In this document: positions 36,540-49,100 of the stretch, in pieces
How the letters are laid out: every line of letters starts with the position of its first letter
Numbering within the stretch: position 1 is the stretch's first letter
Source of the DNA: Podarcis bocagei
Taxonomy: Eukaryota
Assembly: GCA_964188305.1 (NCBI GenBank)
Contig: OZ076895.1
Direction: 5' to 3' (one strand)
Length of the DNA stretch: 64,000 nt
Notes under the pieces: generated by a model
Told to the model about the DNA's origin: nothing
Databases searched by the model: none
The model's input: the letters and a program-made list of their open reading frames with translations, nothing else
Made by a program: the position numbers and the translations under genes

Positions 36540-37030
36540 AACTTCTTCGGGAGTTGCAGCCAATAGGGACAATAGTATACGTGGAGAGTTACGGTAACTC
36601 TGAGGGGAGCGAGGGCTGCAATGCAGCCTCCCAAGCAGCAGGGGCCGCTGCGACCCCGACCTTGCCCCAGTCCAGTCACGGGCGAATCGGAAGGGGGCAG
36701 GGGACGCCGGAGGTGAGGTTGAGTTGGGGGCGGGCCTGAGGGCGGGACATCTCCGCTCCCTTTATTACGGCCCTGAGGCAAGTGCCTCCCTTTCGCCTGC
36801 GGGTTGCAGCTGCTTCTCTCGAGGGTGTCGCTTCCCTGCGCGGGACCACGATGGCCGAGGAGGATCCTTTCTGCCGCTACCGCTCCCCTCTCGTCTCGCG
36901 CTACGCCAGCCCCGACATGGCTTTTAACTTCAGCGAGAGGAAGAAGTTCAGCACCTGGCGGCGCCTCTGGCTTTACTTGGCCAAGGCTGAGAAGGTGGGC
37001 GCGCGCGGGTTCGTGGCTGTGCCAGACAAG
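36540..37030 (+). promoter_or_regulatory. ADSL CpG-island promoter and first exon region
   Basis: CpG-dense; CCAAT box at 36560 (cagccaatag); GC boxes gggggcgggcc (~36726) and gggcggga (~36740); no TATA box; ATG at 36851 in acgATGG context. Confidence 0.85.
36851..36994 (+). CDS. ADSL: ADSL exon 1 ([20 protein letters not shown]...AKAEK)
   Basis: ATG to |gtgggc, 144 nt. Confidence 0.93.
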
Positions 37031-37108
37031 CCCATTAAGTGGAGAGGCCCCTGTTCCACCCCCCACGATGCAATGGGGGTTGTGGCATTTGCAGTTTTAC
37101 TGACCCTG

Positions 37109-37144
<36 letters not shown>

Positions 37145-40100
37145 CTAACAGACCTCCTTCTGCGCAACAGGTGAAAGGGCAACATGCCTGTTCTGTTTGA
37201 CGCCACTGTTTGCATACCCACATGTCCTTTATACTTCTCTCTCTCTGTGTGTGCACATCTGCCCAGTTTTGTTAATAATGCACTAGAACTGGAGAGTCAT
37301 CCACTGAAGCTGAATGGTAGGCAGCCAAAATTAATCCCCACCCCCTGCCCCTACTCAGTACAGTGGCACCTTGGGTTACAGACCCTTCGGGTTACAGACT
37401 CCGCTAACTCAGAAGTAGTACCTCGGGTTAAGAACTTTGCTTCAGAATGAGAACAGAAATTGTCCTCTGGCGGGGTGGCGGCAGCGGGAGGCCCCATTAG
37501 CTAAAGTGGTACCTGAGGTTAAGAAAAGTCCTCCAGAACGAATTAAGTTCTTAACCCGAGGTAACCACTGTACTAGGGAATTTGCTGCCACAAGAAGGTA
37601 GTGATGGCTGCCACTTTAGGCGGCTTTAAAAGGGGGTTTTACCCATTGTTGAGTTTTATCCATTTACCCAGACATGGCTGTCTGTATATTCAGGTGATAT
37701 TGGATGTATTGGGGCCTGAAGGATCCGATCAGATATAGCACAGCTTCGAATATTGATCCCCAGGAAACAAGAGCAAATGTGTTGTTATGCTCGCATCTTG
37801 TTTCTAGGCATCCCAAAGACATCGCGTTGGCTTCTCCAAATTGTCGTGTTTTGTTAATAACGCTTTATGTAAGTTTTTGATACTGTTGCACAGTTGTAAG
37901 GCTATATTGTGCTTAGCAGCAACAGTTGCTCAGAAGCAAAATAAAGGGAGCATCACCACTTAGAGAGAACTGTGATCAAGCAGTATACAAATTGCAGAAG
38001 TAAAATCGTTGCACTCGACTTCTAAATTTAAATGTTTTTTTTTTTACTTTTGTGCAACACTGTAATGTGTGGTACTTATGTCTAGTAAATGTGCTGTGGT
38101 ACTTCATTTCTCATCAGATTCTAGGATCCTATTCACCTGGAAAAGGTATTTGGCTGAGAATTCCAATGTAACTTTTTCATAGGCGTTTGCTCATATTGCA
38201 AGTGTCCATTGTTGCATCAGGATCCTTATGCAGAGTTACATTTTTGCTATTCTCATCTGATTACAACAATATTACAATGGACATTTGCTAAAATGGTTTC
38301 TAGAAATGTACTCAGAAACATACTGTCTCTGATCGTGGAGGCAGAACATATTCATTGAGGCTAGCAGCTATTGATAGCCTTTGCCTCTATGAATTTGTCT
38401 AATCCTCTTTTTAAAGCCACCAAAAGACTCTTCTCTTCTGATTACCATTCTCAAGGTCACTGCAGAGGTGGTATGTTGTAAGTGTGTGCATTTCAATGCA
38501 ATTTATCAGTCACCAAGGGGATGGAAGCAATATTCCGAACATGTTGGTTGCACAAAGCTCTGTACGTCACTCTAAACCATACAGAAGATACAAGGTTGTT
38601 TGCTTAGCCGTAGGTAACATTTCATATGCCCCATCAGCCCAGAGGGGATTGACCCTGACTATCAAGCAATAGCACTTTATCTCATGTGTAGTATACCTCA
38701 CAAAGTGATTTTGTCAATCAAGAATAAACAAAGTGGATTTTAGCTTCTGATCCAAATGTTAAACTATTACAACTCTTAGTGGGATTCACTTACCCTCAAA
38801 AAATCTTTAAATGGTACCATGTGGTCCTTAAAGTGTCCTGGATCCAAGTTTTTCGGAACTTTCTAGATTTTTTAAAATTTTTATTTATTTCTGACAACCC
38901 AAAAGTATTAGTAACAGGGTGCTACATTGTACCATAAAGAAACAAAGAAAGAAAAAGAAATTGTAACACACCAGTATACATTGAGGCATCCATGTTTCCC
39001 AGGCTAGCATGGGTGGTGACTATTGCATGTACGTTCAAAGCATAAGAAATAAAATCCTGCCAAATGATGTAGAAGTGTTCTGGGTTCTCGCATTACTCTG
39101 GAGACACACAATAACCAAAAGTCCATAAGTTCTTATACCACAAAGACCAATGTAGATTTTTTCTAAGCTTTCCATAGCTAGATTATTGAAATCCTAGCAG
39201 CAGCTATGATCCATGTCAAAAATTCTTTAGTGTGACAAGCTTTCCTATTATCAGTCCGCAAATTCATTAGTGACAGTTGTGGATAAGCCTGAGCAGATGA
39301 TTTAATTATTGTAAGTATTTCTTCATAAACTTGGGATCAGAATTTTGAGAGCAGAGGGCATTCCCACCAAAGATAGAAAAATATTCCCCGGAGCCCACAG
39401 GCCTGCCAGCAATCCTGTATTGATTGTGGTATAATATGAGACATCTGCACAGGTGTACCATTCCATCTGTGCACAACTTTGAGCATTCCTTCACAAATAA
39501 TGGAACAGATTTGTGAGGCTTAGCTGACCACAGTGATTTCCATTCAAATTCCTCTTTTTGAACATTTAGAGCTTTCTCCTAGTAAAGTATAAAGTGAACC
39601 AAGGGACAAGTGGTGTGCTCTGAAAGTTCTGCATAAATAATAGAGACCAGTTCTTTATCTCTGATAATAGAGACCAGGACTTGTGTTGATATATAATCAG
39701 CACAATAACTTTGAACCTGGCCCAGGAACATGTGGGAAGCCAGTGCAGATGTTTTAACAAAGGTTGTCATTTGCTGAAGAACATCATAGTAGCTATGAAG
39801 TTATGCCATATAAAGTTTTAGAGTGTGTGATTTACAACAAAGGGCTCATCTATGCTTCTCTCCACTTTTCTATTATTATTTTTTTAAATTATTAATTTTG
39901 TATACCACCCTTCATCTGTAGATCTCAGGATAGTTCACAACATAAATTATAATATAAAAGACACAAAATACATAATAAAAATAAGAACAACCCCCCCCCC
40001 AATATTCTCCCTTGCACAAAAAGAGCATTGGATTTCAAGGCAAAGTTCTCTGTCCAAGCGCTCCTCCCCCCATGCCACTTTCTCTGTGAAAACCAAATAT

Positions 40101-43100
40101 TTATCGCTACATAAGAGCAAACGGCAAATGGGTGAGGGTCTCTAGATCCTTCATCTTATGATTATTTTATTATATAGCAGTGTACATATTGCTTTACCAA
40201 GTCACATAAGCAAAAGATAGTTCTCCTATCTAAACAGAACCATGTTTTCGGAAAGCATGGCAGATGTTGTTGCAACATATCTTGTGCTTTAATGTGAGTT
40301 GGGGAGCCTGTTATTTTTATCCTTATGTTCACATTCCTGAGGAGTTACAACTCTGGCCTTGATCTTCATGTGGAAACGGAGAGACAGACACACAGCACCT
40401 GTTCGTTTCAACAGGGTTCTGTCCGACTGCTACTAACAATCCCCAATAGATCTCCCTTCAGTCCGACATGGGATGTGATTAGATTTCTAGTTGTAGGGGA
40501 TTCAGTGTAGTGAAGAGTGCGTAACATTTATGTGTTGTTTGCCTTTGTTTTTATATAAGCAACATTCCTGCTTGTTTTTTAATTTAAATTGCATTCACTG
40601 GGAACAGCAGCAGAAGGTAAACGAGGCACCTAAGATTCTGCAGGCGGGTTAGGATAATAGATGTGATGTTACATACAATCGTGGAAAGGCAAAGCACAAC
40701 TTTATTTTTCCTCTGAAAAATTGAAAAAGGTGTTAAAAGACGGTTATGGAGACTTTAGTCAATTACAGTAAATTCTGGGTAGTGCTTTCAGAAAGTCTAG
40801 CAGAGTCAAGTACAATGGCTTCCTTTAGAACTCTGAAAAAATCCTTCATACTGTAGAGCATTGTAGTGCCTTTTCATACAACTGGGTTGACATTCAAGTT
40901 TGAGGCAATTCCAGTCTTTTTAGTCTGCTGTCTCTTTCCGTTTTTAAAGCTATTTGGGACACTTACTGTCAGAGACAAAACTGAAGTAACTGCTTGAATA
41001 TAGAAAGTAGAAAATCAAATAAACTCTATAGTAAATCAGCCAAATTCAAAAAGAAAAATTACACACTTCTTTTACGTTTTTATTTAAATCAAATTGTTGT
41101 GATCTATAAGAATAACATTTTATCTAATATTAATTGCAATGAAGTGTTCCTTTTAAAATTAACTCATTCAGAACAGTAATAACCTTGGGACTTTGGATTT
41201 TAACCTCAGTAGTTAAAAGCTAATCTTGCATAAACTGGGCTTTGTGTCACCCATCCCTGATTCTGAAAATTGCATAAGAATAAGATCCCAGTCGATTGTG
41301 TAAATTCAGTAATCTTACTAGTGGGGAGGTCCTTGAATAGGGGGTCATGTGTTAGTTAACTTCAGGTTTTTCCCTCCTTGTAGTCACTGGGTCTACCCAT
41401 CACAGATGAGCAAATACAGGAAATGGAAGCAAAACTGGACAGCATAGATTTCAAGATGGCAGCTGAGGAGGAGAAGCGGTTACGTCATGATGTAATGGCC
41501 CATGTGCATACATTTGCCCACTGTTGTCCAAAGGCTGCAGGAATAATTCACCTTGGAGCAACTTCCTGCTACGTGGGAGATAATACGGTAAAACAATGTT
41601 ATGAAATTGTTCTCCATAACCTGGACTGAATCACTATACAGTCGTACCTCGAGTTACAAACGCCTCAGGTTACGAACGCTTCAGGTTACAAACTCCGCTA
41701 ACTTGGAAGAATTACCTCAAGTTGAGAACTTTGCCCCAGGATGGGAATGGAAATCGTGTGGCGGCGGCAGCAAGAGGCCCCATTAGTGAAAGCACGCCTC
41801 TAGTTAAGAACAGTTTCAGGTTAAGAACGGACCTCCGAAACGAATTAAGTTCGTAACTAGAGGTACCACTGTAATGGTTGTTTTCTATCCCTGCTTTACT
41901 ATCTGAAATACCAAGCTTGTAAAGTATCAGCAATATTTTTTCTTTATTAAAAAGACGAAGATAAGTATTGTATAGCTAAAAATTCAAAACCCAGTAAAGT
42001 TCTGAGTGAGATAACCACCCCCTCTCGTCTCTTCATTTTCATCCTCTTGGGTGGCACAGAAGTACCGTATTTTTCGCTCTATAGGACGCACTGGACAATA
42101 GGACGCACCTTGTTTTAGAGGGGGGAAAACAAGGGGAAAAAATTCTCCCCCTCTCTGCCCAGCACCCCTTCAGCGAAGCGGCAGGAGGCGCTGCGCAGAG
42201 AGGGGGAGAATTTCCCCCCTCTTGTTTTCCCCCTCTAAAACAAGGTGCCGTTTAAGGTGCGTTCAGTTGCCTTCAGGCGGCTACCTTGGAAGCCTGGAGA
42301 GCGAAAGGGGTCGGTGCCCACCGACCGCTCTCCAGGCTTCAGGTTCCTTTCGACCTGCTCTTTGGGGCTGGCAGGGGGAAGCCCACCACCAGCCCCAAAG
42401 AGCAGGTTGGGGAGCGGGGAAAGGCGCGCAGCAGAGAGGCTCCTGCCATAGCCCCCCGCGCGCTCTCCAGGCTGGAGTGGTGACACGCAGCTATAGAGGC
42501 TCCTGCCGTAGTCGCGCGTCACCTCTCCAGCTGGGAGAGGGTGGCGGGGGGCTGCTTTAGCCGCGCGCGCGCTCTCCCAGCTGGAGAGGTGGTGCGCGGC
42601 TAAAGAGACTTCTGCCATAGTCGCGCGTCACCTCTCCAGCTGGGAGAGCGCGCGCGCGGCTAAAGCAGCCCCCCGCGACCCTCTCCCAGCTGGAGAGGTG
42701 ACGCGCGACTACGGCAGGAGCCTCTTTAGCCCCGCGCTTGCTCTCCCGGCTGGAGAGGTGGCGCGCAGCGGAGAGGCTCCTGCCATAGCCCCCCGCGCTC
42801 TCTCCAGGCTGGAGAGGTGACACGCAGCTATAGAGGCTCCTGCCGTTGTTGCGCGTCACCTCTCCAGCCGGGAGAGGGTCCCGGGGGGCTTGTTTAGCCG
42901 CGCGCGCGCTCTCCCGGCTGGAGAGGTGGTGTGCGGCTAAAGAGGCTCCTGCCATAGTCGCGCGTCACCTCTCCAGCTGGGAGAGGGTCGCGGGGGGCTT
43001 GTTTAGCTAAAGAAGCCCCCTGCGACCCTCTCCCGGCTGGAGAAGTGGTGTGCGGCTAAAGAGGCTCCTGCCATAGCCGCGCGCCACCTCTCCAGCCGGG

Positions 43101-46100
43101 AGAGGGTCACGGGGCTATGGCTTCTTCGCTCCATAGGACGCACACACATTTCCCCTTCATTTTTGAAGGGGGAAAAGTGCGTCCTATAGAGCGAAAAATA
43201 CGGTAATACTGATCCCTTTGAGGCACAAGTGAATTTGAGAGTGACCAAAATAAATGCTTGTGCACAGTAGACTACTTGATTCCTTGGTACACAAAGAGAA
43301 TATTAGTTATACCCATTTGTCTTTATGGAAATTGCAAATTACCCTGAAAGGAGAGTGTAGATAAGCATGTGAGTGTTGAATAAAATTGTGACTGACTGAT
43401 TGACTGTTTTATTCCTTTTTCTGTTAGGACTTGATAGTTCTCCGGGATGGATTCAACCTGCTTCTTCCCAAGGTAAGACACACAGTTTTTAAGAGGTGGG
43501 TGCTATTGATTCCAAGTGGATGTCTGCCAGAGTTAACTAGAAACAATTAGGAGCTGCCAAGACACTGAGAAAAAAGTAGTTATTTTACAAGGCACCTGAT
43601 CAGTATTGGATTCCAGTTGTGTTCATACAGAGTTAATAATATAACATGAATTGATTTTATGTACTGTATATGCTGTTGTTTTAAACTTTTATATATATAT
43701 ATTTAATTGTTTTCATGTATTCAGTTGTTCTAACTGTTTTATATATGCTCTGTTATAAACCCCTCACTCTGCAAGGGTCACACCTAAATGAAATAACTAA
43801 TAGTAGTAGTAGCAGCAGTAGTAGTAATATAGAGGCATCATATTAAGTTATATATTTTTCTCTCCAAGCATTTTACAATTCTTCTTGGAGAATGATTCAG
43901 ACTTGACTGTCAGATTCTCTCTCTCTATGGAATGAAGAACCTTGTATTCTGCCCTACCCTTCTTGAAAGGAAAATTGGATAAAAATGTAAATAATTATTT
44001 TGTGACTTGCCTCGTGTTTTCCTTCTTTCATTCAATCTTGCTAGCTTGCCAGGGTGATCAGCCGTCTTGCAGACTTTGCTGAGAAGTATGCCGACTTGCC
44101 CACCTTGGGCTTCACTCACTACCAGTAAGTAATTCATACAAATACTCATTTAATTCTGTGGATGCTGCTCCCATTTCTACCCCATTTCTTTTATTCACCC
44201 GCAGATCAGCGGCCTTTAATTGCTACTGTGCAAGATTAAACTCCAGAAAACTAAATGAATCACGGCTATAAGATTCTGAAAGAAACTGTGATAGAAATGC
44301 TTGCAAAGCATCAAGTGCAAACACTGCATAGTAACATGAATGAAGCTGTATAGGCTTATTCTTGAGTCATATTCTGTGTTCTTTCAGGCCTGCCCAGCTG
44401 ACTACTGTGGGTAAACGCTGTTGTCTGTGGATCCAAGATCTCTGCATGGACCTCCACAATCTTGAGCGGGCACGAGATGAGTTGAGATTTCGTGGTGTGA
44501 AAGGCACCACTGGTACACAGGCCAGCTTCTTGCAGCTCTTTGAAGGAGATCATGATAAAGTACGTATCCCCAGCAAGTGTCAGTTTTGAATTGCAGTTAG
44601 TTTGGGAACACTTGACTGTTGTATTATGTAGTGGTAATCACAGGCTGCCATTCAACATAAACTTCCTGAGCAGTAGTGGAATAAACTATTGAAACAGCAT
44701 CTAAAAACAACAAAATTCCACAGCAAAACCAGTAAAAAAATAGTTCTAGATCAGCAGTCAGAAAATCCATAAGGTGCACTTTATGCCCCAATCAAGAAAT
44801 GAGCAAAGTTGCTTCCTGGGACATTTCACTCTAGGGCTTTTGCCAATATTAAATTTGCATGAGACCTACGGAAGAATTTTTATTTCTGTGGGAAGCAGAC
44901 AGCAGATTGAGCATAGGGCAATATAGTGATTGCATCAGCAAAACACCTATAGTGCTCAGAATAGTGCAAGAGGCACAATCATTCCCACTTCAGCCACTGC
45001 ATTCTGAGTGAGGTTCCTATCATATTTTTCCCCTGAGGTGGAGGAGCTGGACAGGCTGGTGACTGCAATGGCGGGATTTAAGCGGTATGTAAAAAAACAA
45101 AAAACCCTCTCCTTCCTTGCCTTTACTGCTTTAAGAACACAGAAATCTGCCTTTATATTGAGTCAGACCATTGGTGTTGTCTTACACTTAGTACTGTCAT
45201 ATCTGGACTAACTGACTGGCAGCATGGTTTTCCAGAGCTTCCAGCCTTACTTGGAGATATCATTGATTGAAGCTGTGATCTTATATGTGCAAAGCCTGCC
45301 ATTAAACTGTGGCCCTTCCGCGTTCTTAAGATGAGCACCTCTGGACCTATGTATAAATTTGGATTCTGCTCTGCAATTAACATTCCCGCTGTTGCTGCTA
45401 ACTGCTAGGACCTATTAGGGGAAAGGTTGTGCTTACATAATCTACTCCATGATGTAGGTTTGTAATGGAACTTCCTCCCATCTTAGTCCTTTGCAGTTTT
45501 GCTCTTCTCCATGTGAATGCGTGTCCCCCCCCCTTTTTTTTTTTTGCTACCCTACTGCATGTTAAACTGAATTGTACAGTCACACAAAGAATTTCTCTAG
45601 ATTGTTTCAAACGAATACTGTACCGTCACTGGATCAGGAAGCAGATATAAAATGAGGGACAAGGAACAAGTTGATGTTGTGTGATATTCATTCCTTGTTG
45701 CATGCTCTCTCAATCTCATTTATAGGCTCTGTTAAACTTCATGATGCTTTATCTTTGTGTTTGGTTTCAGCGCTTATATCGTCACAGGGCAGACATACAG
45801 TCGCAAAGTGGATATTGAAGTTCTTTCTGTTCTGGCCAGTCTAGGGGCATCTGTACATAAGGTAAGAACTACTTCAAATTCTATATTCAAAGGCACCATT
45901 GAGAATCAGGGCTCAATTGGATGCCTTCTTGAATTGCACAGCCACATAAATTATTTCTTTAGAGGTTTCAAGCTTTTAGAAACTGTGGTCACATTCTGAT
46001 GTTTTGCTTTTCTCCTGTGTTTAACACAGATTTCTGTAGTATACCGGATATCTAGGAGATATCCTAGATCTATTGAATTATAGATGGCTGAAAAAGTGAA

Positions 46101-49100
46101 AGCGAGCCAGTCCACCATTCCTGCTACTGCGCCTGCACTTCCTTGCCTCTCTCTGCCAGTAAGCAGAAGCAATGCACAGTGTTCGGAAGTTGGGAGAGTG
46201 ACTCAGGGGGGCAGACACCTGGGGAAAAAGACTTTGGCAATCCCACCCACTAGTGAACCCAATGTGTTTTCACGACATGTGATTTTGGCTTTATGTGCTA
46301 TCCCCAGAATATAACCCCAGCATAAGTTGAGTGTCACTTGTATAATAGGCTTGAATTCAAATCTGTATGTTTTGGGCTGGGGAATATGTTTATATTCAGA
46401 ATTTCTCCTATTTCCTTTAAAATAAGATGATGAATTTTTTAATACTATTTCTTTGTATCATAGACTCAGTGCTAATTATGAAATCTTGCATGTAGTAAGT
46501 CTGTGTCTGCATCTGAAATGAATTAATCTCTTTTTCTCCCCAGTGGTTAGTAAAATGAACCAGCTCCAAGATTTCTGATAGATACTAATGCTGCCCAAAA
46601 ATAGTGTCTGAACTAATTAGAGTTGTTTTTCTCCAGATATGCACTGATATTCGCCTTCTGGCCAACCTCAAAGAATTAGAGGAACCTTTTGAGAAAGACC
46701 AGATTGGTAAGCAATGGCTGCAGAAACAGAATTTTGTTGTTTTTAAATTAACTTGTATTGATCACCCTTTTGAAGTTGAATGATTGAAATTAGAATAAAA
46801 ATGGAATATGTGTAAACATGTCTCAGAGTGGATCAGCTAGTACATTTACATCCCATTTTTATTTAAAAGACAGTTAAGGAGTACGTGCACGCATACAGTC
46901 TCCAGCAAATTAAATTTCTGAAGCTACTGCTTTGCTAGCTATCCAACAAGTTGCTGTAAGGAGTCTGAAACTGTGACTCCTCTGAGAAAGTGAGATAATG
47001 GGCTGCTTTAGTTGTAATTCCAAACCATGCCCTAATGCTATGAAACTGAACAGTCGAGGAACCTTGGCCTCAAACACTACTCTCTGTCTTTGCATGCAGT
47101 GATTCCTCATTGCCTGTTCTGAGGCAAAGTGGAAATCTATATTTTACACTTGTGTTGCAAACAAAGAATTAAAACCATAGTTTGATCCTGGTTTCCAGTC
47201 ATGGTTTGCAGGCAAAGTACAAGCCACAGTTTGTCTCAAGACTTGCTCTCTGGAGGGCCCCAGACTGAAATACTAAGGTCTTTTCAACCCCTTACTGACT
47301 TTTCTTTTGCTTCCAATACAGCTTTTTTTTTAAAAAATGTGATTAATTTATGTAATATATGGTATAACTGATATATTTTTCCCCACTGGTTACTTTCAGT
47401 CTCCATCATGATTCTATCTAGTTTGACTGTGCTTTATTGCTTAATTTTTGCCTTGTTCTTGGTACTATTTTGTATCACTTTAATAAAAACCCCAATAAAA
47501 ATTATTGCAACCTCCTCCCAGAAACTACTACTATTATTTTATTGTATTTATATACTGTCCTATACCTGGAGGTCTCAGGGTGGAAACTGGTTTATTCAAA
47601 CCAAAATCAGTGTCAACAAGTCAGATTCAAACGATAGTTTCAGATCCCAATTTGCTAGTTAACCTTGGGTTGAACAAACCACATATAATGTGAAACCCTG
47701 GTTTGTTTTAAAGCGAGAGCGTAAGTTTTCACTCTTTTCCCTTCTGTGCAAGAGGGGGTAGTGTGCAGGCCAAAAGCTCACTGCAACCTGTTCCCAGTCT
47801 AAATTGGGGTAGGGAACCTCTGGGCCCCATGATGTTGGTGGATTTCCATCTCCCACCACCCTTGGCCATGCTTCGGTTGATGGGAGTTGCCCCAAACATC
47901 TGGAGGACCATAGGCTCCCCATGCCTAGTCTTAAGGATAGTAATTTTGGTACAAAAACAGCTGCTAAATTTAACTAAGCTTTAGAAGTAGCCTAGCTATG
48001 TTGTGCTCTGTCCAACTCACCCCATGGGCCACTAACAGGTGGGAGGCCACCCCTTTTGTCATCTGATGTCACCATGAAGTTAGCCAACCTATTTTCATTT
48101 GTGCCCCAACTTGAACACCTGAATCTATACATTTTTGTGTGCAAGCTCTGCTATCTATTCAAAATTATTGTATACAGTGGTACCTCGGGTTACGAACTTA
48201 ATTCGTTCCGGAAGTCCGTTCTTAACCTGAATCCGTTCTTAACCTGAGGCCTCCCACTGCTGCTGCACCACCGGCACACGATTTCCGTTCTCATCCTGGG
48301 GTAAAGTTACTACTTCTGGGTTAGCGGAGTTTGTAACCCGAAGTGTTTGTAACCCGAGGTACCACTGTATTGTTGAGGATTATGTTTGCTGATAACCGGA
48401 GCAACTTTTGTAGACGGTGAGAGAACTTTAGAAAGGCACACTATGTTTAACATTCTTGTTTTTTATTCTTTCTCCTTCTCATTTGCACACTCTTCCTTCT
48501 CCTGTTGCCCATTCCTCTCCCCCCTCCCATTGTACAGGTTCAAGCGCTATGGCTTATAAACGGAATCCCATGCGTTCAGAGCGATGTTGCAGTTTAGCTC
48601 GTCATCTTATGATTCTGATCCAGGACCCCCTTCAGACAGCATCTGTGCAGTGGTTTGAGCGCACTTTAGATGATAGTGCAAACAGGTACATTCCTGATCT
48701 TGAAGCAGAGAGATTATTTCTTTGTTTTCAAAATACATTTAGAAACCAACAGATCTTTCTATGATATTGTGAATTGCACCCAAAATATTAAACATACTTA
48801 CTTGGAAGTGAACTTCTGATTTCAGTGGAACCTATGTACAAGGCCACCACTGAAGGATGTACCGTATTTTTTGCACCATAACACTCACTTTTTTCCTCCT
48901 AAAAAGTAAGGGGAAATGTCTGTGCGTGTTATGGAGGGAATGCCTACGGGTGGCATGCCTACGGATTTTCCTCCTCTAAAAACTACGTGCGTGTTATGGT
49001 CAGGTGCGTGTTATAGAGCGAAAAATACGGTAATTTCTGAAAGCTAAGCTGGAGGTGCAGATGATTCTTGCTCATTTTGCCCCCATTGGATTCATGTGTG

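Noticed and set aside
36782-36850. N-terminal extension of ADSL from an upstream GTG
   Set aside because: The ATG at 36851 has good context and gives a normal-length enzyme; nothing supports the non-AUG start.
42430-43110. CRISPR-like array or coding ORFs
   Set aside because: Units are degenerate, in both orientations, lack unique spacers and lie within TIRs in a vertebrate intron; the ORFs are GC-repeat artefacts.
44560-44572. U12-type donor (gtatccc) in ADSL intron 5
   Set aside because: Frame requires the donor at 44560 (gtacgt); gtatccc starts 4 nt later and misses the GTATCCTT consensus.
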